A stretch of DNA of 64,000 bases, from the NCBI GenBank assembly GCA_963843145.1, contig CAWJJC010000028.1, positions 160,001 through 224,000 on the forward strand. The letters run 5' to 3'. Of the stretch, positions 37,744-47,513 are shown one piece after another. This DNA comes from an uncultured delta proteobacterium (lineage in GTDB: Bacteria > Desulfobacterota > RBG-13-43-22). The translations under genes and the position numbers were made by a program. The first letter of the stretch is position 1. The number at the start of each line of letters is the position of its first letter. The notes under the pieces are model-generated. The model had not been told where the DNA came from and did no database searches. It saw nothing but the letters and a program-made list of their open reading frames with translations.

Positions 37744-40536
37744 TTACCTGCTCTTATCCGCCGAGCGGGCGGCCAGGACGGCGTGCGCGGCCGCCAACCG
37801 GGCAATGGGTACCCGGTGGGGGGAGGCCGAGACATAGCTGAGTCCTATTTTGTGACAAAAATAAATAGCCTTGGGGTTCCCCCCGTGTTCCCCGCAGATC
37901 CCGATCTTTAGATCCGGTTTGACCTGGCGGGCAAAATCCACGCTGATCATCATCAGCCGGCCGACCCCTTCCTCATCCAGGGTCTCAAAGGGGTTGTCCT
38001 GCAGGATCTGATACTTGTCATAGAGGGGCAGAAACTCCCGCTCGGCGTCTTCCCGGGAAAAGGAGAAGGTGGCCTGGGTCAGGTCGTTCGTGCCGAAGGA
38101 AAAGAACTCGGAGATTTCAGCCAGTTTATTGGCCCGCATGCAGGCCCGGACCACCTCGATCATGGTCCCGAATTTATAAGGAATCTCCACCTGGTAGCGC
38201 TGGCGAACGTCCTCATAAATCGTTTTGACCCGGTCCTTGACCCAGGCCAGTTCTTCGACGACGCCCACCTGTGGGACCATTATTTCCGGGCGCACATCCA
38301 CCCCTTCCTTCAGCAGCTCAGCCGAGGCCTCCAGGATGGCCTGGATCTGCATATCATAGATCTCCGGGTAAGAGATGCCGAGCCGCACCCCCCGATGGCC
38401 CAGCATGGGATTGACTTCGGACACGGCCCGAACCTTCTTTAAGGTCTCCTCCTTGAAGCGCAACAGGTCTTCATCGATTTTCTTTTCCCGTATTTCCGTC
38501 AATTCCCGGCTGACGGCTTCGATCCAGGGGATGTATTTGTGCAGGTTGGGGTCGAGCATTTTAATAGTCTCCGGAAGCTCGAAGATGGTCCGGATGCCCC
38601 GGGAAAAATCCTTCAGCAGGGAAATTTCGGTCATCAGCTCTTCCGCTGAGGGCAGGAACTCATGGATGGGAGGATCCAGCAGGCGGATGGTCACCGGCAA
38701 GCCCTCCATGGCCTTTAAAATATCCTTGAAGTCCTGTTTCTGAAAGGGCATGAGATCCAAGGCCCTCTTCTTCCGGTCTTCGGGGTCGGTGGCCAGGATC
38801 ATGCGCTGGACGATGGGCAGCCGGTCGCTGGCATTGAACATCCGCTCGGTCCGGCACAGTCCGATTCCCTGGGCCCCGTAGCTTCGGGCCTTTCGGGCCA
38901 TCTCCGGCGTATCGGCGTTGGCCATGACCCCCAGGGATCTCAGGTCGTCGGCCCAGCCCAGAAGCTCCAGCAATTCATCCATGAATTCGGGTTCCACGGT
39001 AGGCACTTCGCCGGCGTAGACGGCTCCGGCAGATCCATCGATAGTCAGGATCTCCCCTTCCCGAAAGACCTGGTTGCCGAGATGTACTTCCCGTTTGCTC
39101 AGGTCGATCTCCAGGGCTTCGCAGCCGGCCACGCAGGGCTTGCCCATGCCCCGGGCCACCACTGCCGCGTGGGAAGTTTTTCCCCCGCGGCTGGTCAGAA
39201 TACCCCGGGCGGCAAAAAAACCATGGATGTCTTCCGGTTTGGTTTCTTCCCGGACCAGGAGAATCGGTTCTCCCAACTGGCCCTGGGCCTCGGCCTTGTC
39301 GGCATCGAGGACTATTTTTCCGGAAGCAGCCCCGGGAGAGGCGTTGATCCCGGTGGCTAGAGGGGCCCCCTTATATTTGGGATCGATCTGGGGGTGGAGC
39401 ATCTGTTCCAGGTGTTCCGGTTTGACCCGGAGTATGGCCTCTTCTTCATTGATGAGCCCCTGATGGACCAATTCAATGGAAGTCCGGACCGCGGCCCAGG
39501 CATTCATTTTCCCGTGGCGGGTCTGGAGGCAGTATAGTTTTCCGTTTTCGATGGTGAATTCAAAATCCTGGATTTCCCGGTAGTGATTTTCCAGGGTATG
39601 CCGGAGGGCCTCCAGTTGCCGGTAGACGGTCGGCATTTCCTTGCGCAACTGTCGGAGGGGCTTGGGGGTCCGGATTCCGGCTACGACGTCTTCGCCCTGG
39701 GCGTTGACTAAATATTCGCCGTAAAGATAATTTTCTCCGGTACCCGGGTCCCGGGTAAAGGCCACTCCGGTGGCGCTGGTCTCGCCCATGTTCCCGAATA
39801 CCATGGCCACAATATTGACGGCCGTCCCATTAGCCTGATCGGCGGTGATGTTAAACTCCCGGCGATAGTCCACGGCCCGTTTACCCATCCAAGAACTGAA
39901 AACCGCCTCGATGGACAGTTCCAGTTGTTTGTTCACGTCATTGGGAAATTCCTTCCCGGTTTTTTTCTTGATCAATTTCTTAAACTTTTGGGCCAAGTCT
40001 TTCAATTGGTCCACTTGAAGTTCCGTATCCATCTGGACCCCGGCTTGTTCCTTGCTCTGGTTCATAATCCGGTCAAAATCTTCATCCCCGAGGTTCAGGG
40101 CGATCTTGCCGAAAAGCTGTAAAAAACGCCGGTAGGCATCATAGACGAAACGATCGTTTTGGGTCAATTGGCACAGGCCTTCGGCCGTTTCGTCGTTTAA
40201 ACCCAGGTTGAGAATGGTATCCATCATGCCCGGCATGGACATGGCCGAACCTGAACGGACTGAAACCAGCAGGGGGTTGGTTTTGGAGCCGAAACCCTTG
40301 CCGCTCTTTTTCTCCAGGTCCTCCATATGTGCCCGAACTTCCTCCATCAGGCCCTTGGGCAGCTTTTTATTTTCTTCGAAATACTGAAGACAGGCCTCGG
40401 TGGTAATAACGAATCCGGGGGGGACCGGCAGGCCGATTTGGGTCATTCCGCATAAGTTGGCGCCTTTGCCGCCCAGGAGTTGTTTGTTTTTCCCGTCGCC
40501 TTCTTCAAAACCGAACACGAATTTTTTTCGGGTCAT
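37744..40536 (-). CDS. ppdK: pyruvate, phosphate dikinase
   Basis: LLGGKGANL, LVSVRSG, MPGMMDTILNLG, GGKTSHAAVVARG, GIGLCRTE, FSFGTNDLTQ, GICGEHGG. Confidence 0.96.
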   Translation of the reverse strand: MTRKKFVFGFEEGDGKNKQLLGGKGANLCGMTQIGLPVPPGFVITTEACLQYFEENKKLPKGLMEEVRAHMEDLEKKSGKGFGSKTNPLLVSVRSGSAMSMPGMMDTILNLGLNDETAEGLCQLTQNDRFVYDAYRRFLQLFGKIALNLGDEDFDRIMNQSKEQAGVQMDTELQVDQLKDLAQKFKKLIKKKTGKEFPNDVNKQLELSIEAVFSSWMGKRAVDYRREFNITADQANGTAVNIVAMVFGNMGETSATGVAFTRDPGTGENYLYGEYLVNAQGEDVVAGIRTPKPLRQLRKEMPTVYRQLEALRHTLENHYREIQDFEFTIENGKLYCLQTRHGKMNAWAAVRTSIELVHQGLINEEEAILRVKPEHLEQMLHPQIDPKYKGAPLATGINASPGAASGKIVLDADKAEAQGQLGEPILLVREETKPEDIHGFFAARGILTSRGGKTSHAAVVARGMGKPCVAGCEALEIDLSKREVHLGNQVFREGEILTIDGSAGAVYAGEVPTVEPEFMDELLELLGWADDLRSLGVMANADTPEMARKARSYGAQGIGLCRTERMFNASDRLPIVQRMILATDPEDRKKRALDLMPFQKQDFKDILKAMEGLPVTIRLLDPPIHEFLPSAEELMTEISLLKDFSRGIRTIFELPETIKMLDPNLHKYIPWIEAVSRELTEIREKKIDEDLLRFKEETLKKVRAVSEVNPMLGHRGVRLGISYPEIYDMQIQAILEASAELLKEGVDVRPEIMVPQVGVVEELAWVKDRVKTIYEDVRQRYQVEIPYKFGTMIEVVRACMRANKLAEISEFFSFGTNDLTQATFSFSREDAEREFLPLYDKYQILQDNPFETLDEEGVGRLMMISVDFARQVKPDLKIGICGEHGGNPKAIYFCHKIGLSYVSASPHRVPIARLAAAHAVLAARSADKSR

Positions 40537-40571
40537 GATCCTTTTCTCCTTGCTGCCGGGGATGGTTGAGG

Positions 40572-40629
40572 TAGATTCTTACATCCATTGTTCTGAGAAA
40601 TTGTCTCTAACAATGGATGTAAGAATCTA
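40572..40629. repeat. 58-bp palindromic MITE-like element, copy 1
   Basis: TAGATTCTTACATCCATTGTT-N16-AACAATGGATGTAAGAATCTA; near-identical copy at 59923-59980. Confidence 0.85.
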
Positions 40630-40779
40630 AATTAAAAGACGTTATCTTTAAATATTTTTGGCTGGTCCTTGACCTTTTATTAAGAGTTTGTTTTTAACTC
40701 ATTTTTGTCTATAATGCAAATATCTTGTTGAATTTTTACCGGGAAATAGGTTATTATCACCGAACCCTAAAGGAAGCGA

Positions 40780-40938
40780 ATGACGACGATGGGTGAGACG
40801 ACCAGGAACGCCGAAGCGGATGACAGCAACCAGGACTGGTTGATTATTTCGATTATTTTCTGGGTCCTTTTTGTTCTAATCGTGAGTATCGGCTATTTAT
40901 CCGATCCCAACTACACGCCCCCCCTGTTTCATCCCTAG
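40780..40938 (+). CDS. small single-pass membrane protein (52 aa, below the ORF-track cutoff)
   Basis: MTTMGETTRNAEADDSNQDWLIISIIFWVLFVLIVSIGYLSDPNYTPPLFHP*; RBS AAGGA; stop overlaps the convergent gene's stop. Confidence 0.5.
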   Translation: MTTMGETTRNAEADDSNQDWLIISIIFWVLFVLIVSIGYLSDPNYTPPLFHP

Positions 40939-42428
40939 ACCTTAAACCCGAAATTCGGGTTTCGAGTTTGAACCCGATTTATTTCTAACGCGCTTTCTAT
41001 CCAGGCCAGGGCTTCTTCACGGGTCGTTAGGGCCCCCGACCATCGTTCTTCTTTAATCCGGTCTAAAATTTCTTTGAATATGGGACCGGGGACAAGTCCC
41101 AGGTGGATCAGATCGTTTCCGCTGATTAGGGGTGGAGCGCTCGCCAGAGGGATGATGATATCCTTCTGTATTTGCAAAGCCTCTCGCCACAAGCGGATAA
41201 GCCGGTCTTCCAAATCAGGGGGGTGGTCCGGGCCTTGGGCCGCCCGGCAGTCGGCTAAAGCCAGGAGAAAGACGCTGTTCAGATCCTCGCCGGTTTCCTT
41301 GACCAAACGGAGTAAAGCCCGGGGAGTTCTTCCCCCTACAGTCTCTTCCTGCAACAGGTGAAAAGGGCGCATATGCCAACCGATCAACCGCACCATGGTC
41401 TCCCTGGCCTGACGGCCCAGTCGGAAACGCTCGGCAATGGTATTAAACAGTTCCTGACCGAACCGATCATGGGAATGAAAAGTCCAGCGGTTTGCTCTTC
41501 GTTTCGCGGCGGCCGGTTTTCCCAAGTCGTGGACCAGCGCGGTCCATTTCAAAAATGGTCGCAGGGCTTCGTTCTCCGGGTGGGTTTTTAAGGCCTCGGT
41601 TAATTCGGACGGCCAAGGAGGCCTATGGGTCAGGATTTGTTCCAGACATTGAAGAGCCAGAAAGGAGTGGTCAAAAACGTTTAAATGATGAAAGCCGTTC
41701 TGGGGGGTGTTCTTCAGGGGGAGGAACTCCGGGAAGAGGATATCCAGAATCCCGTCTTCATTCATGAGCGAGAGGCTGGGGCCGGCCAGCGGCTGAGCCA
41801 GCAACTGAAGCCATTCATAAAGCCGGCGTTCGGACGCCGACCGGTTCAGTGTCGGACCCCATTCTTTCAATCCCCGCCGGGTCTCCGCTTCGATCTCCAT
41901 CCCGAATTGCGCCTGGAAGCGATAGGCCCGCAACAGGCGCAGCGGGTCCCGGTCAAAACTATTCGGAGCGCATTGGCGGATGATTCCCTGAGCCAGGTCG
42001 CCCGCCCCGTTCAGCGGATCGATGGGTTCCCAAGGATCGGGACCGAAGGCCGGGGTCAAGGGCAAGGCCAGGCTGTTGATAGTGAAATCCCGATCCCTTA
42101 AGTCCTCAGGGAGACTGGCGGCGCGAAAACCGGCAAAGTCGAATTGAAGGCCGGGAACGACCACTCGGGCGGTCGCCCGGTCCTTTTTTAAGAGGACAAA
42201 AGTGCCCTGAGCGGCTTGGGCAAACTCCCGGGCCAGCTCCAGTGCTTGCCGGGAAACCGCCAGATCGATGTCCCGGGTTGGTCGCCCGAGAAACCAGTCC
42301 CGGATCAGGCCGCCGGTCAAGTAACAGGCAGACCCCAGGCGATCGGCCCTTTGCCGCAGGGTTTGGAAAAGCGGTTCCTGGGTGACCCAGTTTCGTAAAT
42401 TTTTAAGCTGGATAGGTTGTTGTTCCAA
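40935..42428 (-). CDS. tRNA nucleotidyltransferase with HD domain (probably CC-adding)
   Basis: GGLIRD...DIDL, EDLRDRDFTIN, DPLRLLRAYRF, HHLNVFDH, HDLGK; start approximate (TTG 42428). Confidence 0.85.
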   Translation of the reverse strand: MEQQPIQLKNLRNWVTQEPLFQTLRQRADRLGSACYLTGGLIRDWFLGRPTRDIDLAVSRQALELAREFAQAAQGTFVLLKKDRATARVVVPGLQFDFAGFRAASLPEDLRDRDFTINSLALPLTPAFGPDPWEPIDPLNGAGDLAQGIIRQCAPNSFDRDPLRLLRAYRFQAQFGMEIEAETRRGLKEWGPTLNRSASERRLYEWLQLLAQPLAGPSLSLMNEDGILDILFPEFLPLKNTPQNGFHHLNVFDHSFLALQCLEQILTHRPPWPSELTEALKTHPENEALRPFLKWTALVHDLGKPAAAKRRANRWTFHSHDRFGQELFNTIAERFRLGRQARETMVRLIGWHMRPFHLLQEETVGGRTPRALLRLVKETGEDLNSVFLLALADCRAAQGPDHPPDLEDRLIRLWREALQIQKDIIIPLASAPPLISGNDLIHLGLVPGPIFKEILDRIKEERWSGALTTREEALAWIESALEINRVQTRNPNFGFKV

Positions 42429-42437
42429 AATAAACCT

Positions 42438-43781
42438 ATGAAAGATCGTCCTTCTATTTTGTTGATCAATCCCCCCCTTTGGGATTTTTCCGCTTTTGAT
42501 CTCTGGGCCAAGCCCTTGGGACTGCTGTATCTGGCAGCCACTTTGCGGGCCAACGGGTACCGGATCCATTGGCTGGATGCCCTGGACCCCTATCTTCCTC
42601 AGGCCCGTGATTTACCTTCCCCAGGCTCGCGGAAGCGCTACGGAATCGGGCCATACTTCCGGCAGCGGCTCGCTCGGCCACCCGCTTTGAAAGAGATACC
42701 CAGGTTTTATTACCGCTTTGGGATCCCGCCCCGGATTTTTAGAGATGCCTTGTTGCAGATTCCGGAACCTCAAGCCGTACTGATCACCTCGCTGATGACC
42801 TACTGGTATCCGGGAGTTCAAGAGGCGGTCTCCCTGGTCAAAGAGGTTTTCCCTGAGACCCCGTTGGTCCTGGGAGGCCTCTACGCCGGTTTGCTGCCCC
42901 GTCATGCCCAGGCCCTGAGCGGCGTCGATTATCTTATCACCGGAGAAGGGGAGGGGGCAATTTTAAAATTTTTGAAGGGCTTGACCGGATTGACTCCGGT
43001 CAAGATCCCCGACCCGGAAGACCTGGATACGTATCCCTTTCCGGCCTTCGATCAGTATTCGCGGCTTCCCTATGTCTGTTTACTGACCGCTCGCGGTTGC
43101 CCTCTCGCCTGTCCCTATTGTGCCTCTCGGCTCTTGCAGCCCCGATTTCGGGAACGGTCCCCGGAAAACATCCTCGAGGAAATCCGACACTGGCACCAGG
43201 GGTATGGGGTGCAAGACTTTGCCTTTTATGACGACGCGCTGCTGACCCATTTTGAGCAGCGCCTGGGCCCGGTATTGGAGCGGGTCATTCGAGAGGGTTG
43301 GGGTCTCCGCTTTCACGCTCCAAATGCCCTCCAGGTGCGGGAGATCGACACGCACCGGGCCCGGGTGCTTTTTCGGGCCGGATTCAAAACGCTGAGGTTG
43401 GGTGTGGAAACCACCAACTGGGATCGGCAAAGGACCTGGGGAGGCAAGCTCGATCCAGGATCTTGGCAGCGGGCGGTGAGGGCCTTAATGGATGGCGGAT
43501 TTTCCGGGGAGCAGATCGGGGCTTACTTGTTGGCAGGTTTGCCGGGGCAGAGCCTCAGGGAAATAGCCGGCTCGATTAGGGAGGTTAAAGAAATGGGCCT
43601 TCGGCCCCGGCTGGCCGAATATTCGCCCATCCCCGGGACGCCGCTCTGGTCGGAGGCCTGTGCCGTTTCCCGTTTTCCCCTGGCGGAGGAACCCCTTTAT
43701 CAGAACAATTCCCTTTTCCCCTGCCTGAATCCCTTTTCCTGGGATCAAGTCCAACAGTTGAAGGATCTGGCCCGGGAATGA
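42438..43781 (+). CDS. B12-binding radical SAM protein
   Basis: KPLGLLYLA, SLMTYWYPG, RGCPLACPYC, FYDD. Confidence 0.88.
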   Translation: MKDRPSILLINPPLWDFSAFDLWAKPLGLLYLAATLRANGYRIHWLDALDPYLPQARDLPSPGSRKRYGIGPYFRQRLARPPALKEIPRFYYRFGIPPRIFRDALLQIPEPQAVLITSLMTYWYPGVQEAVSLVKEVFPETPLVLGGLYAGLLPRHAQALSGVDYLITGEGEGAILKFLKGLTGLTPVKIPDPEDLDTYPFPAFDQYSRLPYVCLLTARGCPLACPYCASRLLQPRFRERSPENILEEIRHWHQGYGVQDFAFYDDALLTHFEQRLGPVLERVIREGWGLRFHAPNALQVREIDTHRARVLFRAGFKTLRLGVETTNWDRQRTWGGKLDPGSWQRAVRALMDGGFSGEQIGAYLLAGLPGQSLREIAGSIREVKEMGLRPRLAEYSPIPGTPLWSEACAVSRFPLAEEPLYQNNSLFPCLNPFSWDQVQQLKDLARE

Positions 43782-43816
43782 AGGGCAAACCGTTTTAGCT
43801 CTAGCGAACCTTTTTT

Positions 43817-43997
43817 GATTAGCTCGCAAAAAGTCCCAACCTGTGATCCTGAGCGAACGCGAAGGATCTCGTCTTTGGCTCAGGGTAAACTCCGCGAAGG
43901 ATCTTACAGCCTGTTGGAAAAAAGAGATTCTTCGTCCCGCGTTATCGCGGGACGAAGAATGACAAGCACTCTCTGAAGGGCTTTTGGAGTCGGGTCA
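43817..43997. repeat. composite palindromic repeat (CTCGCAAAAAGTC outer arm, GATCCTGAGCGAA..GAAGGATCT inner arms)
   Basis: TGATCCTGAGCGAACGCGAAGGATCTC ... GAGATTCTTCGTCCCGCG-TTAT-CGCGGGACGAAGAATGACA, between convergent genes. Confidence 0.65.
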
Positions 43998-44774
43998 GGG
44001 GAGAGGATCTTCCGCGGCGGGAAAAGGCCGATTGATCAGGGTGGCCAGGTAAGCAGCGCCGAAACCGTTGTCGATGTTGACTACGGCTACCCCGGAGGCG
44101 CAGGAGTTAAGCATGCCCAGCAGGGCGGCTACCCCTTGGAAGCTGGCCCCGTAGCCCACGCTGGTCGGCACGGCGATCACCGGCCGGTCCACCAATCCGC
44201 CCACCACACTGGGCAAAGCCCCTTCCATACCGGCGACCACAATCAGGACCGAAGCCAGGGCAATTTTTTTCTGGTGGGCCAACAAACGGTGAAGGCCGGC
44301 GACCCCCAGATCATAAAGATGCTCCACCGGGTTGCCCATGACCCGGGCCGTGATCAAGGCTTCTTCGGCCACGGGGATATCCGAGGTCCCGGCGGAAATA
44401 ATGAGTACGGTTCCCCGGGCGGAATTAACCGTCACCGGGTTCTTTTCCAGGGTCAGGACCCGGGAGAGGGGATGGTAGACGGCCCGGGGGTATTTTTTTA
44501 AGATCGTCCGGGCCTTATCCGGGGCCAAACGGGTGATCAGGATGTTTTCTCCCTGACGAGCCATCCGGACCATGATCTCCAGCACCTGGGTGGCCGTTTT
44601 GCCTTCCCCGTAAATCACTTCGGGGAATCCCTTGCGCAAGGAGCGGTGGTGGTCGATTTGGGCGAAATCAATATCTTCAAAAGGCAGATGTTTTAGGCTT
44701 TTCAGCGCACCGTCCACCGTGAGTGTACCCTGTCTGACCTGGGTCAGGATTTTTTTTAACCGCTCCGGGTTCAT
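43995..44774 (-). CDS. larB: nickel pincer cofactor biosynthesis protein LarB (PurE-like)
   Basis: DHHRSLRKGFPEVIYGEGK, AGTSDIPVAEEA, AGMEGALPSVV, PTSVGYG, VVNIDNGFGAA. Confidence 0.92.
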   Translation of the reverse strand: MNPERLKKILTQVRQGTLTVDGALKSLKHLPFEDIDFAQIDHHRSLRKGFPEVIYGEGKTATQVLEIMVRMARQGENILITRLAPDKARTILKKYPRAVYHPLSRVLTLEKNPVTVNSARGTVLIISAGTSDIPVAEEALITARVMGNPVEHLYDLGVAGLHRLLAHQKKIALASVLIVVAGMEGALPSVVGGLVDRPVIAVPTSVGYGASFQGVAALLGMLNSCASGVAVVNIDNGFGAAYLATLINRPFPAAEDPLP

Positions 44775-44865
44775 GGTTCCTTCCTTCGGGCAATCTGTTT
44801 GATTTTAATTCTAAAATCTTATAGAATATTTGGATATCCGGCAACCCTAAAAAGAGCGACGTCTT

Positions 44866-45792
44866 ATGAATAGCCAAAATGAATATTCCGCCTGGATGGA
44901 AATCACCCTTACTATTCCGGCGTTCCAGGCCGAAGACTGTTCGGTTATCCTCTTCGAGGAAACCGGAAGGGGTACCTATAAGGTGGACCCTGATGCGGCT
45001 TTAGAGGGGCCACAACGGGTTCGTGGATTTTTGCCTCGGGATGAGGCTTTTCGCCGGAAATTCATCCGGCTTAAAAAAAGGATCGCCGCCTATTTTTCAT
45101 TTTTCCCGGAGGTCCCTTCCCCCTGCTGGGAGCTGCGGCTGATCCCTTCCGAAAACTGGCAGGATAACTGGAAACGGAATTTTAAACCCTTGAAGCTCTC
45201 TCCCTCTCTCGTAATCTGCCCAACCTGGGAGGAATACCGGCCTGAAGGCCGGGAAAAGGTCCTGCGCCTCGATCCCGGCCAGGCCTTCGGGACCGGTGGC
45301 CACGCCAGCACCCGGTTATGCCTGAGGGTCCTGGAAGGCCTATCCGAAGAGACCGATCACTCCCGCCACCCTTTGACCCGGGTCCTGGATGTGGGTACCG
45401 GGACCGGGATTTTGGCTCTGGCCGCGGCCCTGTTCAATGCCCGGTCGGTACTGGCCATTGACTCGGACCCCCTGGCGGTGGCGGCGGCACGTCTGCATGT
45501 GGCCATAAACGGTTTTGAATCCATCATCCGAGTGGAGGAGGGGACGGCGGAATCTATCCAGGGCGTTTACTCTCTGATTTTCGCCAATTTAACCTTGGCT
45601 GACCTGCTGCCTTTGACCGGGGTGCTCCAGAGCCTGCTCTCTCCCGGAGGATTTCTGGTTTTGTCCGGAATTTTAGATTCCCAGGCTAAAGAATTGATTC
45701 GGGCCTGTGTGCTCCACAAGCTGACCTTCCTCTGCCTTTACCTGGAAGAGGAATGGGCCGGCGTCTTGTTTTCAAAGGAGCCCGGGGTATAG
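44866..45792 (+). CDS. prmA: ribosomal protein L11 methyltransferase
   Basis: LDPGQAFGTGGHASTRLCL, VLDVGTGTGIL, LSGIL, EEW. Confidence 0.9.
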   Translation: MNSQNEYSAWMEITLTIPAFQAEDCSVILFEETGRGTYKVDPDAALEGPQRVRGFLPRDEAFRRKFIRLKKRIAAYFSFFPEVPSPCWELRLIPSENWQDNWKRNFKPLKLSPSLVICPTWEEYRPEGREKVLRLDPGQAFGTGGHASTRLCLRVLEGLSEETDHSRHPLTRVLDVGTGTGILALAAALFNARSVLAIDSDPLAVAAARLHVAINGFESIIRVEEGTAESIQGVYSLIFANLTLADLLPLTGVLQSLLSPGGFLVLSGILDSQAKELIRACVLHKLTFLCLYLEEEWAGVLFSKEPGV

Positions 45793-45813
45793 TGTAGTCA
45801 CAGCAAAAGACAA

Positions 45814-46020
45814 TCTCTCACAGAGCGCACAGAGATCGCAGAGAAAAGTAATTTTTGATTGCCGTTGAGGGGACGACAATCAAAAAAATCTCGTCGCTTC
45901 GCGAAGGAATCCCCGCCGGAGGCGTGAGTGGTTTTAAAAAATCGCCCTCTCAGCTATTTTTTTAAAAAAGTTCTCTGAGCTCTCTGTGAACTCGAGCGAC
46001 AAAAAGGAGCGGGCGAGAGA
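45814..46020. repeat. CACAGAG-periodic inverted-repeat intergenic element
   Basis: TCTCACAGAGCGCACAGAGATCGCAGAG ... CTCTGAGCTCTCTGTG...GCGAGAGA with inner hairpin TTGATTG..CAATCAA. Confidence 0.6.
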
Positions 46021-46068
46021 AAAATGGTTCACCCGGTTTATTCTGCAGGTAGGGGATTATAAATAACT

Positions 46069-46818
46069 GTGACGCCCAGACGTTTTTTCATGGATTCCGG
46101 TCGCCTTCAGCAGGAGAGACCCTCGCTGGAGGGGGAGGAGGCCGACCATATCCTGCGGGTCCTGCGGCTGGGTCCCGGTGACCGGATCGTTCTTTTTGAT
46201 AATACCGGCTGGGAATTTAATGCCCAAATAGCCGGTACGCAGAGGGGGCAGGTTTTTTGTGAAGTGTTGGGGAAAAAATGGGTCCCCCGGGAATCCCCGC
46301 TGAGGATTACCCTGGCTGTTCCCCTGATTCGACCACAGCCCCTGGAATGGATCTATCAAAAAGGCACGGAGCTGGGAGTGAATTTGTTTTACCCTTACTA
46401 TTCCAGCAAATCCGGGCGCAATTTTTCCAGACAGGAATTGGGGGGCAAGCAGGAACGATGGAAACGGATCATCACCGCAGCGGCCAAACAGTGCGGCCGG
46501 AACCGATTGCCCGAACTAATGGCGCCTTGCTCCTTTGATCAGGTGCTGGAGACCGGGGGCCAGGCCTTGCGAATTCTGCCCTATGAAGGAGAAACTGCTA
46601 ATACCTTAAAGGAAATAGCCGATAAAACCCCTGAGACCGGGCAGGTAATGGTTTGTATCGGACCGGAAGGGGGCTTTGGTTCGGAAGAGATCCGCCGGGC
46701 TAAAGAAAAAAACTTTTTTACCATCTCCCTGGGGCCCAGGATACTGAGGGCCGAAACAGCAGTCCTGACTCTTATCGGTCTCTTGCAATATTGTTGGGGG
46801 GACCTGGGGGGAAATTGA
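46069..46818 (+). CDS. rsmE: 16S rRNA m3U1498 methyltransferase
   Basis: HILRVLRL, QKGTELGV, QCGR, IGPEGGF, LGPRILRAETA. Confidence 0.92.
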   Translation: MTPRRFFMDSGRLQQERPSLEGEEADHILRVLRLGPGDRIVLFDNTGWEFNAQIAGTQRGQVFCEVLGKKWVPRESPLRITLAVPLIRPQPLEWIYQKGTELGVNLFYPYYSSKSGRNFSRQELGGKQERWKRIITAAAKQCGRNRLPELMAPCSFDQVLETGGQALRILPYEGETANTLKEIADKTPETGQVMVCIGPEGGFGSEEIRRAKEKNFFTISLGPRILRAETAVLTLIGLLQYCWGDLGGN

Positions 46819-46831
46819 AAAGGAGGTTTCT

Positions 46832-47185
46832 ATGCGTTGTCCGAAGTGCGGTTACAACCAATTTGACAATCCGGACACTTGTTCCAAATGCCGGGCGGAC
46901 CTTTCGGGGGAAAGGATTCGCTTAAATCTTCCCGCAGGACCTTTGCATCCCCTCTCCCTGACGGAAATCCTGAAAAAGGTCCCATCGGGTTCAGTCAAGG
47001 CTGCCCCGGTAAACGAGGGAACTGCAAGAACCCAACCAGTGCCTTCCTCGGCTCCAAAAACCGTAGACCTCGATCTCAACGACGAGACCACCGTGGCCGC
47101 GCTCTCCGAAAAATGGAAAGTCAACCCGGCGGAGGAGAAGAAGAAACTCAGCGAGGGATTCGCGGTGGACCTTACCCTGGAATAA
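46832..47185 (+). CDS. zinc-ribbon domain protein
   Basis: MRCPKCGYNQFD..DTCSKCRADL; RBS AGGAGG. Confidence 0.75.
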   Translation: MRCPKCGYNQFDNPDTCSKCRADLSGERIRLNLPAGPLHPLSLTEILKKVPSGSVKAAPVNEGTARTQPVPSSAPKTVDLDLNDETTVAALSEKWKVNPAEEKKKLSEGFAVDLTLE

Positions 47186-47238
47186 AAAACCGATATTTTT
47201 CTTGACAAAATTCCGGGAATCTTTAAAGTGAAACCCGT

Positions 47239-47314
<76 letters not shown>

Positions 47315-47334
47315 CGTTTTTCTAAAGGAAGAGA

Positions 47335-47372
47335 AGAGGCTTATCCGGAAGCGGTTAGGCCTCTTTTATTTT
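47335..47372 (+). terminator. intrinsic terminator after tRNA-Phe
   Basis: AGAGGC-TTATCCG-GAAG-CGGTTAG-GCCTCT followed by TTTATTTT. Confidence 0.6.
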
Positions 47373-47513
47373 GTACCCGGGATTCGGACGATCACTAAAA
47401 GTCGGGACTTCCCGGGGTTGGAGGATTAGCCAATTCTTCTAATTTCCGCCGCTTTCTGCTAGACTGGAGCACTGGTATTAAAATCGTTTCGGATTTCAGA
47501 GGAGAAACTTTTT

